The notes below the pieces were generated by a model. It was given only the letters and a program-made list of their open reading frames with translations, was not told the origin of the DNA and searched no databases. A stretch of 49,102 bases of DNA, the filler included, from Streblomastix strix (Eukaryota), in NCBI GenBank assembly GCA_008636045.1. It is 3 parts of 3 records of this genome, joined end to end, with 100 filler letters (N's around TTAATTAATTAA, not from the genome) between each part and the next. Parts side by side here need not be neighbours in the genome. Positions count along the whole stretch, not along the records: positions 16,403 to 32,702 come from SNRW01000842.1; positions 32,803 to 49,102 come from SNRW01000843.1; 1 more part is not named here. The stretch is one strand, 5' to 3'. Made by a program: the position numbers and the translations under genes. Below are positions 27,022-38,735 of the stretch, one piece after another. The number at the start of each line of letters is the position of its first letter. The first letter of the stretch is position 1.

Positions 27022-27434
27022 AGTAGTATAGTCTCGGTAATCATGAGCTCAAAATAGTTAATTTAGTGGCTTAACTTAATTAAAAAGGCCCCAAAAACGT
27101 GTAAAACAGCCATAAAATAAACAAATTAATAATTATTTTGGTTTATGTTTTAAATATTTCCTGCGGTAAATTTTTTTATGAATATTTTTTTACACTATTT
27201 CCTACCATGTTTGCTCTAAATTAACCCCAAATTAATGAAACACGTTATTTTATGGGGAGAAATGTAATATTGTCGTGACCCCAAGCCGAGAGAGGAATAA
27301 TGTGGGGACTATGACCAAATTACTTATTAATTTGTTTATTTTATGGCTGTTTTACACGTTTTGAGGGCCTTCTTAATTAAGTTAGACCATTAAATTAACT
27401 ATTTTGAGCGCAAGATTACCGAGACTATACTACT
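27022..27434. mobile_element. 413-bp non-coding element with ~120-bp terminal inverted repeats, AGTAGT...ACTACT (mini-Polinton/MITE-like)
   Basis: 27022-~27145 (AGTAGTATAGTCTCGGTAATC...) is the reverse complement of ~27311-27434 (...GATTACCGAGACTATACTACT), with scattered mismatches. Confidence 0.85.
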
Positions 27435-27887
27435 TTTCTCTGGCTATAATTAACATGTTAGCATAGTAATTAATGTTAAGATCAAACCCCAACTAATTTT
27501 GAAAAATAAAAGGTTGGTGCAATTCACCTTTTATCTGATTGAAAGTTAAAGCTAAAATTAATCCCTGATCAAACTTTTTAAATTTTTTGAAAAAAATAAA
27601 CAGCGGTGTAATTCATCTTTTATCTGACCCAGAATTAATTTTTCATTTATTTTTGTTCTCTAATTACTACACTAATTCTAAAGTTGCCTTTTAACCAACT
27701 TCTTTCGCTATCTCAATTATTTCCTTTAGTTATTCCATACGCAACCTTCTATGAAATTATCTAAGTAAGAATCGTAATTCTATTTCTGGGTCAGATTTTG
27801 TAGTCTGGCAAACTAATAATGATAAGAATTAACTGTATACCATAAACTCTTAAACTACTAATGGATACATTTTATACGATCAAAAAT

Positions 27888-29148
27888 ATGAGCAGTAAAC
27901 ATAGTACTAAGAGCAAAAGTGTAGCATCAGTATCGACTGTTATTACCCCTCAAAAGATAAAAAGAATATGATTAGAAAATAAGTTTAGTGGGCAAGTTAA
28001 AGGGTGTATAATTAGCCAAACATACATTAACTACAAGTGGTGAAAGATAAGCTAGAATGTTATACAATATTTATGTACGAAATTAAGGTAAGATTAATCC
28101 ACGTGATAGATTAAATAGTGATGCGAAGATGGAAGCTCTAAAGAATTAATTTATCACAGTAGATCCAAAATTAAAAGGAAAAATAAATTATGAAGGAATT
28201 AGAAATTTCTAAATTATCCGTCGAGGTTAGTACGGAACTTAGCCGAATGTTAATAAAGCTATATTTGGTCTTAATTGGAAAAATATATTACAAGATCCAC
28301 ATTTATTGAAAAGAATTGTACGGAATGACGATGTACAATAATTATTGGACGAGCAATAAGAATAACATTTATTAATGTTGGGGGAAATATAAAATAAAAC
28401 GTAAAAGATAGTTGAGCAGAATGAAAGTATATCTAATCCTAGATTTAGTGATATTTAATCATCACTACCTCCAAAAATAATACAAAATAGGATAGCAAGA
28501 GAACCAGATTTTAACATTGATGCCCGATTAGCTGAACCTAGTGCCCATGTTGGCAATGCAGCTATACCCAAAGATCCAGATACTCTATTAAAAGAAGTAG
28601 GTGAAGAAGCACCTAAAGAATATGTTAATATACTTTGATAATAAGATGGAGAATAAGTACCATCTTAAGCTTTGCCAGCAGAGGACGCAACATAATAGCG
28701 TATGGTTAAATAATCAAATTAATAACCAAATTTATAAGCTTGTTAATAAATTAATTAGCAATTTAATGAAGTAGGTGGAGTATAAGATTAACAACCAGAT
28801 TCAGCAAGTTAATTTATTCGGGGTCAAATGTAATAAGACTAAGCTAGAAGTTAGATGAGTGAAGACCTATAAGAGAATAACGACGAAATAATAAGGGGGT
28901 TAAAGGATCTAGTTGGCGCGACAGGTTATGGAAAATAACCTATTAATTAATTTTTCAACTAATAATATTTTCCAGATCGGAAATATTAATAGTACACTAA
29001 TGAAGGATAAACCGTACTAAGATAGGCTCAAGTTAAATTAGATAAATAATCGTTATTGAATATGCCGAGAAAGAAGAAGAACTACATTTCACAAGGTGAA
29101 TTAAGCTAAACGTTATAGGGTTAAAAATAATTACGAAAAAAGAAATGA
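27888..29148 (+). pseudogene. Hypothetical Q-rich protein (~420 aa) inside the integrase element, with 5' TGA and frameshift damage
   Basis: MSSKHSTKSKSVAS... is interrupted near 27969 and ~28040. The frame is then open from about 28050 to the TGA at 29146-29148. Confidence 0.5.
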
Positions 29149-29284
29149 AATCAATTTTATTATTTATTTATATATTTTTCGAGTACGTTCATAATACTAT
29201 TAATGTCCTCCTATTCAATTATATATTTATTTAATAATTTTGGTATATCTATTTATTTCGCAGTTACATCTTTTCTAAATTATT

Positions 29285-29441
29285 TCACTCTATCCCTCTA
29301 TCTCTATTTAAATTATTATCTTTATTCTTTAGCTCTTTATTTAGCTTCCTCAGTAGTAAAGTACTTTTTCGGTCTTCCTTTAATTTTATTCGGAACATTA
29401 TCTTAAACTGTTTCATTTATTACTTCTTTATTTTATTCCAT
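29285..29441 (-). CDS. Small basic protein with an AT-hook-like KGRPKK motif
   Basis: MEQNKEVINETVQDNVPNKIKGRPKKYFTTEEAKQRAKEQRQQFKQRYRGIE*. Confidence 0.45.
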
Positions 29442-29469
29442 TGTTTGGTTTAAAAATAAAAAATTCTTA

Positions 29470-30348
29470 AAAATTATTTTTTGTATTTATCTTCTAATTA
29501 ATCAAGGTCATTAGATATAAATTTTGTATAATAACTAGATACCTCAACTTCAGTTATATCCTTATATAGTTTCAATAATTTACAAATTACATTACCATGA
29601 TTGTATTTAATAAAAGTAGCCAGTTCATTAAAGTTTCTACGCTACTTATCGAACTTTTGTTTCGTTTTAGACAAATCTAAGTGTATTAAAATAATGTTAC
29701 CTACTTTTAAATTTAATAATCGATCTTTTCTTTATAAATTAATTTTTCCTTCTAATTCTTATTATTTTTAGCGAATATAGCTACCTTCTAAATCTCTAGA
29801 TTCATTAACTTATGTTGGTGTATATTTATTATTGAAAGCACTATGTTTGGAATTATTATACTCGTCAGCTGCTTACTATAGTATATGATTAGATACCTAT
29901 TAATCTATTAATTTATTCCTCATATTTCTTAGCACACTATCTACAGCTCTATTTTTATTCGTGAATAAGGATTTATTAAAATAATATTATATATTATATT
30001 TAATTAATAGAGCTTTTATTTATTTACTTCCAAATGATGCTTCACCATCTGATCTAATATTTGTCACGTACTCGGATTATATTAGCGAGTCTAGAGCTGG
30101 GATTAGTGATCGTATCTCTTTTGTTCGGATTGAATAAATAATAAGATATTCAATGTTGATGTTGATAATAAATAAGAACAGTAATTATTTGAAGAACCCG
30201 ATATCAATTTCCCATGAATCTAATTGTGGAGAAAAGTAAGGTCTTTAATATTTGGTTAGTGGTTTTAATTTGTAATCTTTAATCTTTTCACGAGGATAAT
30301 ACTCTTTAGAGCGGCAACATAGTTGCTATTAATATGTATTACTTTCAT
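29470..30348 (-). CDS. Retroviral-type (rve, RNase H fold) integrase, apparently with a D-D-D triad
   Basis: RPYFSPQLDSWEIDIGF (D1); LFIININIEYL; NIRSDGEASF (D2); NKNRAVDSVLRNMR (D at the usual E position); YNNSKHSAFNNKYTP; C-terminal LKVGNIILI. No clean TGA at the expected end, so the 3' coordinate is approximate. Confidence 0.85.
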
Positions 30349-30752
30349 GTTATTTTTATTTCTATTTTTATATATTTTTGATATTGTATTCATCTACATA
30401 TAATTTATACCACTATTCTATACTCTTACCTTAAAATTAATCTGGAATATTAATGTGTTTGCTAAACTAGTAATTAATGTTATTGATAAATTCCTTTATA
30501 GTTAACTTATTTATTAACCGATTCACCTTGTCAGTAATAAATTATTCCATTTAATAAAAATAAAAGATGATAGCCTTGATTTCTGCCTACATCAATTTTA
30601 GCTCTAACTTTCAGTCAGATAAATGGCAAATTGCACCAACCAAATGAATTTAAAAATTATGTGGGGATTAATTTATACATTAATGAGCTAAATTCGTGCA
30701 GCCAATTTTAGCCCTAAAATCAACCAACGTAATTACGTCGCTAGAACTTTAA

Positions 30753-31900
30753 TCAATTATATTATAGTTCTAATAGTAAATTATAATACATATCCATATA
30801 CTAAACAGGAACTTATCTATCAAAACTATCGAATAACTTAAATACAATCTCTTTATTCTACCGAATAACATTTGTATGAGACAACATATTTTACCCCCAT
30901 ATTACAGGTGCGCCAATTAAGTTCTATTTGAATGCAACATTACTAAACGAGTTATTATCCTACTCCTCCATAGCTAGCCCTCGCTATTAATTGTTCACTG
31001 TTATTATTAACATCTATGGATACTCCATAAAATTACCTATGAAAGGACAAAATATAGGTAATGTTTAATGATAGTCCTAAGTTTAATATTTCACTTTATA
31101 ACACCATGTTTCCAACTACATTTACTTTACACGATCGTTGTTCTCGTATAGCTAATTGCTATTGGTTAATTAAATATGTAAATTTTTACTAAATTCTATT
31201 TTTTCTAATTTATTTGGTAGTTCTAACTTATCCCAATATAATTATTCTAATTTCTCAGGAACAAATTATCCATAGTCATTAGCACGTTGTACACTAGTAT
31301 AAATATAATCCCACTCATTAGCAGATAGAGCTGGTAGGGAAAATATTATTCTTACGGGATAAGTGTTAATTTAATTTGTAATTAATTATAAATTTGGTCC
31401 TTATACATTAATTGGTTATGTTTCAACTAGTAATATTGATTCACCATTAATCGTACATTATATTCCAAAATTGTATCTAACACTAATAGACTTATTTTAG
31501 TCGTACATATGGCGTTCAACACTAGTTATATAATTATCTGTTGTAGGGCAATATAATTTAATTAACCCGATCATCCCAAAGGCCACCTATAATTATTAGT
31601 TATATATATACAATAATAGTGTAAGAATGAATCTAGTCTTAAATTAACATAATTAATAGTTGAAGAACAGATATCATCACCTATATTTTAGCTTTAGATA
31701 TACAAATTTAATTATTTTTATGTATGTTTGTTATGGCTGAATTAAAACTAATTGGTCCCCCATTAGTTGTATCTGCTTATCTAAAATATTATTCGGTGTT
31801 ATCAGCGAATTCATTAAATTAATTATTCCTTAGAGCAATAATTTATGGATTAAATTTATAACCCTAGTGTCCTTCTTAACTAACGTAATTATTATTAACA
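30753..31900 (-). pseudogene. Second, longer penton-like/structural ORF, frameshifted in its 5' part
   Basis: Open TAR=Gln frame from about 31570 to 30753, ending KEIVFKLFDSFDRQVPVQYMDMYYNLLLELQYN*. This is the same C-terminal pattern as the 25026 ORF. Confidence 0.45.
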
Positions 31901-31969
31901 TGTGTGTTCAAAATGAGAGATAATATATAAAAATTTTGGAACCTATGATTTTCCGTATGAAAATGACAT

Positions 31970-32140
31970 CATTCGTCCACGCCAAATGACTATGAGCATC
32001 AACGCATAAAATCAATCATATTCATTAGTCAAATGACATTGATAATTTTAGTTAATTATCCGCATCACTGAGCACTAATTCTGCCGTGGTAATTGGAACC
32101 ATTCGTCCACGCCAAATGACTATGAACATCAACGCAAAAA
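31970..32140 (+). repeat. Two ~40-bp direct repeats, 130 bp apart
   Basis: CATTCGTCCACGCCAAATGACTATGA(G/A)CATCAACGCA at 31970 and at 32100. Confidence 0.9.
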
Positions 32141-32225
32141 TAAATTACTACAAAAAGGAATATTTATAGGTAAAAATTAATATTATTATCTGTCATGATT
32201 ATTTATTTTTTTAATTTCTTAATAA

Positions 32226-32702
32226 ATGACTAAGTTGAAAATACCACAAATTTTTTAATTAATGGCTATTATTAGACCAATCAATGAATCGGATAAATAT
32301 GGTTCATTATACACTGAATTAGTTAATAAATTAAAGGATTTAAATTATACAGGGAGTAGAACAAACTTTAATAATGTGCTACAATTTCTTGAATAATAAT
32401 TAGCATAACCATATCAATAACTTATGTAAGAAAATGATGTCAATTAATCAGATTTCATAGATAAGTTGTATGATAGATAACATTAACTTTTCATTAATGA
32501 ATTTGATATTGATAGAATATATGATGATAGAATTAATAAAATTAAGCATAGATTAGATGTTTATGATAACATAGATTAATTCAAAGTTAAACAGTTTGAT
32601 GTTGATAGAATATATAAAGATAAAATCAATAAAATTAAACGTAATCTCAATCAATAATTGATGCAAAATGAAGATGATAATTCTAACGCAATTTCAACAA
32701 TT
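32226..32702 (+). CDS. 5' part of an intronless hypothetical protein with an internal repeat, truncated by the contig end
   Basis: MAIIRPINESDKYGSLYTELVNKLKDLNYTGSR..., with repeat FDIDRIYDDRINKIKHRL / FDVDRIYKDKINKIKRNL. Confidence 0.55.
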
Positions 32703-32802
32703 NNNNNNNNNNNNNNNNNNNNNNNNNNNNNNNNNNNNNNNNNNNNTTAATTAATTAANNNNNNNNNNNNNNNNNNNNNNNNNNNNNNNNNNNNNNNNNN
32801 NN
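32703..32802. other. Artificial 100-nt contig linker
   Basis: N44-TTAATTAATTAA-N44. Confidence 0.97.
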
Positions 32803-35668
32803 AAATATTAATCAAATTTAAGGGCAAAATTAATCTTAGTTTGAAAGAGAGAAGGGAATTAATTATAAATTGACTTTAGCCATTGAATCAGAAAAAGAAA
32901 TTATGTATAGAAAAGAAACAAATCAATACACAAACATTGATTATGATGAAAATAATAATAAACAATAAGAAGATTAACAATTATAATTACAGTTAATACA
33001 ATAACAATAATATCTACTATAGAAACATGAAAGCAAAGAAGATTCACTCTGGAAGGAAAGATTAGATTATGAGATCATTCAATCTGCATTTGCTAAAGTT
33101 ATTCACATGCAGCGCGCATTAGTTACACTGCAACGTATGCATCTGTCTGATACAAATAATAGTATAATCATTTAATAGCAGTAGTAACTTCAATAATACC
33201 AGTAAATTGATATTTTCCCTCATATCGAGCTGAATTTCTTACCACTGGTTAAAATTCCATCTTCGCAGATACTGATTCATCACAAACCATCTCGCGTTTT
33301 CGCAGATGATGAAGACCTTGAAAGAAGGTAAAAAGATCGATAAAGAAGAAGAAATGAAAGAAATTTGAGGAAATTTGGACAATTTTATGGTGGAAATACT
33401 AATAATTTACATATAACTTCTTCTTAGTTGTAAAATCAATAAAAACAAAGTGAAGAAGATCGAATTTTTGAAGAAGAAATTTAATCAGAGATTAGTATTC
33501 TGAGATAAATTGGAATGCTTGAATCTGATATTAACAAAGAAATGGATTAGAAAAGAAAAGAAAGATATGGATAACAAAATCAATAATAGAATCAATTATA
33601 AAATTAAAACCAGAAATAACCCAATAATTAATAAGATCAATAAATAACTAATCGAACATAATAATAAATATATCAATACTCTTCCATTCCAAATGAAACT
33701 GACGATTCTTTATCAGAAACAAACGAAGAATCACAATTATATCAACAACTATATGATGATGGGTAATTCGCACTTACACATAACGACGATAATGAATACT
33801 TACAACCTAGATTGTTTGTTATTAAGAGAGATGGAACAGGAATTGAATTGTTGAATGAAGCTGATCATACTTTGGCTGTTTTGGAGGCGAGATTAAGAGG
33901 AAAAGCGACCATTCGCGAGAATGAAGTTATACCTGAAGATAATGTGTATTTTATTGGAACGTAGAATAATTTAGTTAATAATAATAACAATGCAAATACA
34001 AACATTCCGCAATCATCTTAATTATCAGATATCAACAACTAAATATAAGCAAACAATGCATAAGGAGCACAGCAAGCATAATAAGGCCTATCTTTCAATA
34101 CAGGAACATACCTTACCCAACATAGAGAGCATTCATACTGCACCACAATTGCAGAACAGATCGACACTCCAGGAATGTTTGAAAATCGCTGTTTGCGCGT
34201 TGATTCTGAAGTACCCTGGAATCTGAGCTAGCAGCTTTCTTTCATTTACTACAGTGGTGAAGTTGAATAGTATATTCCATCATCATTGAGATCTAAATTA
34301 CTTCCTAGAGTGATCAGTCCATATCCGTAGTTGCCAATTGGCTAACCACGGTGTTTCTCATATAGGAGATTGATAAAACATCCATAAATTAAGATAAATG
34401 ATTTCAATGATCTATCATAAGCTCTATAATCGTTTGAGGAGTGGAAATCACATAGAAAAGAATATATTACAGTTATATCAAACACGGATCATAGAACTTA
34501 GGAATAATTGAAAGCTTCGCTTATGTTGGGAAATATAGTTGAAACACGAGATAAGCAACTTTCACTGAAAATGAAGGTCAAAAAAGAAAAAGAGTATATT
34601 CGCAGATAAGAACAGCTCAGAATTCAGTATGAACTGGAGAAATAAAAATAAATTATAGAAAAAGAGAAACTTTAGATCAAATTATAGGAAGAATAAAAAA
34701 TTCGCGAGGAGGAAGAGCAAAGAATTCTGCAAAAACAGAGACTTCTACATGGGACTCAAAAAGCAGGGTCCAGATAGTAGATTCGAATTGATAATATAGC
34801 AAAACCCATTAGCACTGATACTATAGAAAGAGATAGAGAGCTCGCAGAGTATATAATAATAAGAGACCCGAATAACCCAGATCAGAAAGGTTAAAAGAAG
34901 AAGAAAGCGAAATTGGCTGAAACGCATCTTTCTGATATAACAGTGCCTAAAACATTGTCTATAAACCTTCCAAAATCAGCAGAACCATCAGGAAATGACG
35001 CAGTCCCCATTTCAACTTATTAAGCAGCTGCAGTGATGAATAATACTCACACTCCGAATATGGATCATGTTATTACACAAGCTTTCCACGAAATACCCAA
35101 ATTAACATATATTATGAACTAGACCCCCAAAATATACCAAAGAAGTATCCCACTTACAGCTGCGAATGGTCCTTTAATTATGTATGATAGAGTTGAGAGT
35201 ATAAAAGATAAGTCTGAATTACCTCCATTAAAAAAATTGCCCATTTTCCCACTAAGACCAGACCCAGAAATGATTGATTTTGGATCAGTGGAAAACTATG
35301 GGAAGGAATCGTCAGTTATTAAATTGGCGCTGAGGAATATAAGTTTGATACCAGTGCAGTTTAAAGTGGCGTGTATGAAGAACGACTTTGTGACACTTAA
35401 TTACACACCTGGGGTGGTATGGAAATAAAAACAAAATATTTTTTATTAATTTTTTTTTTTTTTTCAATAATTTATATTTATATATTTATTTACTTAATTA
35501 TTTTAGTTGAAATCAGGCACAACTGCACCTGTATGGATTGAACTCTCTCCGAAGAAGAAAGTGGCATAGGTAACGACAATTGAAGTACCCATTACCATCT
35601 CAGTAACCGACTTTCAAACCACACTTACTGTAATTGCCCGCGCAACAATTCAGTCTCCCGAGTAATGA
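32803..35668 (+). CDS. 3' part of a SPAG17/PF6-like flagellar central-apparatus protein with a C-terminal PapD-like/ASH domain
   Basis: PRLFVIKRDGTGIELL; PRCFSYRRLIKHP; C-terminal PEMIDFGSV...KLALRNISLIPVQFKV...LNYTPGV|LKSGTTAPVWIEL. Intron at 35417-35507; TGA at 35666-35668. Confidence 0.72.
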
Positions 35669-36496
35669 TTTTAATTAATTGTTACTCGTTTCACTTCACA
35701 GTAAAAATAAATGGTTTATCTTAGAAGTATTATATTTTTTATTCGACTTTGAAGCAAATAATTTTGGTGAAAGAATTGCCAATAAATCAATGGCTACTGC
35801 GATGTATGTATTTAATTATTTAAAAAATCATATAATTACAATACTGATGCTTTTTTCTTAGTAAATACCGATATTAAAATGATACATCATAAGATATAGC
35901 CAAATGGCGTGTTTCCGCCTAATGAGCTAATATTAAACTATTATTAAAATTTAATTCCTCTATAACACTTAACTAAAATGAATATTCAATCAATGAATAT
36001 ATATAAAGCAGGTTTTAGTGTTGAAATTTCATTTCTAATTTTTTTTTCTATAATCTACAAACCGTTCATTTAATACAGTTCTTTACAAACAATTTCAATA
36101 TCTCTAAATGCAATAATAAAATGTGTTTTTTGCTTTATTAGTAAAATATTTTACCGAATCTAAATATAATATAGAATCAACTATTTTTTCCTTGCAAAAC
36201 TTTCAACTATTGTTTCTTGCCCTATTATTTTTTGTTCGTTATATATTTTCTTTTGAAACATCATAATTAATTAATAACTTTTGTTTTCTCAAAAATAATA
36301 TTATTGAAATACGTATTACTATTATTTTTTTTTTAACAATTTTTATCTCTAACTTTTAACAGTTAAACTTGCTGGCCGAGTATCAACAGAGAGAGGGAAG
36401 AGAACGGTAATTTGAATAATATTGAAGTTATTTAATTAAAATAAACTTCTATTTATATCCTATATATATACATCACAAATTGAATAGGTTTAACAA

Positions 36497-36845
36497 TGCG
36501 AGAAAAAGGTACCAAACCAAAGGATGAAAAATAGAAACCAAAGCCAAAGTCGAAATCGAAGAAGAAACAGCCCAGAATCAAAGTCGAGGTTAGTGAAGGA
36601 ACAGAGAATCAACAGAAGACTAGAGAGTTGCTGCTGGGCAATACAAGGAGGCAGAAGGTATTGAAATTAATTTGAAGATATTGTAAATATAATGTTTTTT
36701 CTTATGTATTTCTTCAAACGTGCTGCTTATCTATTATTCTGTCTGTTTATCCACTCATTTATTCAATTTTCAGGAGCTGGAGATTGAGAAGAAAAGGCAA
36801 TAAGATTATGATTAGGCAGGCGTGAAGCAGAAGAAAAAGTAGTGA
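36497..36845 (+). CDS. Possible short Lys-rich spliced ORF (last exon duplicated at ~37970-38041)
   Basis: MREKGTKPKDEKQKPKPKSKSKKKQP..., a GT-AG intron at about 36658-36773, then ELEIEKKRQQDYDQAGVKQKKKQ*. Frame and upstream exons are uncertain. Confidence 0.3.
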
Positions 36846-37332
36846 AAGTTCTGATTTTTGGCCCTAGTAGTAAAATAAGAACCATTCTACATCTTCCTGG
36901 AGCTGCATATCATTCTAACTGAGTATATAAATAGCACGACACTACACAATATCTATAGTTTATAAATAAATAAATACTGTACTTCTATAAATGCTTGAAA
37001 ATAATTATAAATTCATTAATTATTTTTATTGAAAATAAATAAGTATAATAAAGTAGATTAAGATTAGTAAATGATTTCTGATATTTAATTATTAATATAA
37101 AACTTTTACTTGAAACTAATTTGAACAATACATAAAAATAAATTATAATCTACTATATAAGAAAACATTAAAAAAAGAATTCTTTATCTTCCGAAATATA
37201 TTATGTTTATTAATCAATTCATTAATTTTGAATTCACTAAGCGATTTGAGTAAATAGTGAAAATACGTAGAAATATTAGCAGTATTATTATTTGTTTTAA
37301 CACATTAATTCATCATTTATTATTTATTGCGT

Positions 37333-37717
37333 TCATCCACGCGGACCACATAAAGAAAAGTGCAAAGTTGATCCATCAACTATTCCCTGCTCAGACAATG
37401 TCTTGTCTAATTTGAAAGGTCTGCTTTTTATAAAAAGTATTAGACGATTCACTGAAACTCCAGTTTTCTCTTCAATTTTCTATCCAAGAACAACGCCCTT
37501 ATATATATAAAATAAAACTACTATTGTATAAATGAAATTTATATTTGAAATACCTTTTCATTCGGATCAACTTCAAATTCTATGGCTGTCCCTGTTACCC
37601 TCTAAAAAAGAGACGAAAAGCAATTTGAAAAATTACTAATTATATAAAAAAAATAAATTTTAATACAATAACTGTAACTTTGATGAGTTGTGATTGATTT
37701 TTCTACTCCTCACTCAT
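37333..37717 (-). CDS. Divergent NEDD8/ubiquitin-like protein, copy A (ends GPRG, no di-Gly)
   Basis: Three exons: MSEEQKNQSQLIKVT|RVTGTAIEFEVDPNEK|GVVLGQKIEEKTGVSVNRLILFIKSRPFKLDKTLSEQGIVDGSTLHFSLCGPRG*. Confidence 0.8.
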
Positions 37718-38735
37718 AAATCGTGTTAAAGACTAAATGAATAAAATAAAAATATAATAAATAAAACCATATTTCTAGAATGAGATTAAAATTAAGTGTT
37801 TAAAATTGAATAAAAAAGAAAATATATATTTGAATAATTAAAATAAATATAAAAGTTCATAGTTCCGAGCTGATATTTGTAAATATTATGTTTTTTCTTA
37901 TGTATTTCTTCAAACGTGCTGCTTATCTATTATTCTGTCTATTTATCTATTAATTTATTCAATTTTCAGGAGTTGGATATTGAGAAGAAAAGGCAATAAG
38001 ATTATGATTAGGCAGGCGTGAAGCAGAAGAAAAAGTAGTGAAAGTTCTGATTTTTGGCCCTAGTAGTAAAATAAGAACCATTCTACATCTTCCTGGAGTA
38101 GCATATCATTCTAACTGAGTATATAAATAGCACGACACTACACAATATCTATAGTTTATAAATAAATAAATACTGTACTTCTATAAATGCTTGAAAATAA
38201 TTATAAATTCATTAATTATTTTTACTGAAAATAAATAAGAAAATCTTTATAATGAATATAATTACATAATAGTTTTGATCTAGAAGTTTCATTATTTGTT
38301 TCATATTTAATTAATTTCTATTTATATAATTCAGAAAACCAAGGTGTGAAAGAGAAAGATGAATTTATCGTACTAAAAAATAATAGAAAAATACTGAAGA
38401 AAAAAGATTAATAAATTTAAATTATTGTATTCAAATGCAAATAAGCATAATAAAGTAGATTAAAAATAATAAATGATTTTTGATTTTTAATTATTATTAT
38501 AAAACTTTTGCTTGAAATTAATTTGAATAATACAAAAATAATAAATTATAATCTTCTACATAAGAAAACATTAAAAAAAGAATTCTTTATCTTCCGAAAT
38601 ATATTATGTTTATTAAACGTATTTTTGATATTGAATTCACTAAGTGATTTGAGTAAATAGTGAAAATACGTAGAAATATTAGCAGTATTCTTTTTTGTTT
38701 CAACTCAGATTATCATCATTTTATATTATTTGCAA

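Larger units (their letters stand above)
27474..30679. mobile_element. Putative 3.2-kb integrase DNA transposon (Ginger/TDD-like) with degenerate ~85-bp TIRs, TGT...ACA, flanked by TTAA
   Basis: 27474-27559 (TGTTAAG...GGTTGGTGCAATTCACCTTTTATCTGATTGAAAGTTAAAGCTAAAATT) matches the reverse complement of 30594-30679. TTAA lies on both sides, and the repeats enclose an rve integrase. Confidence 0.55.

Noticed and set aside
27022..27434. Inverted repeat as a pure amplification chimera
   Set aside because: The arms differ at multiple positions and end precisely in AGTAGT/ACTACT, which a fresh fold-back chimera would not be expected to show. Not fully excluded.
31970..32140. CRISPR-like repeat-spacer unit
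   Set aside because: Only two repeats with a ~90-nt spacer, in a eukaryotic context with no cas genes.
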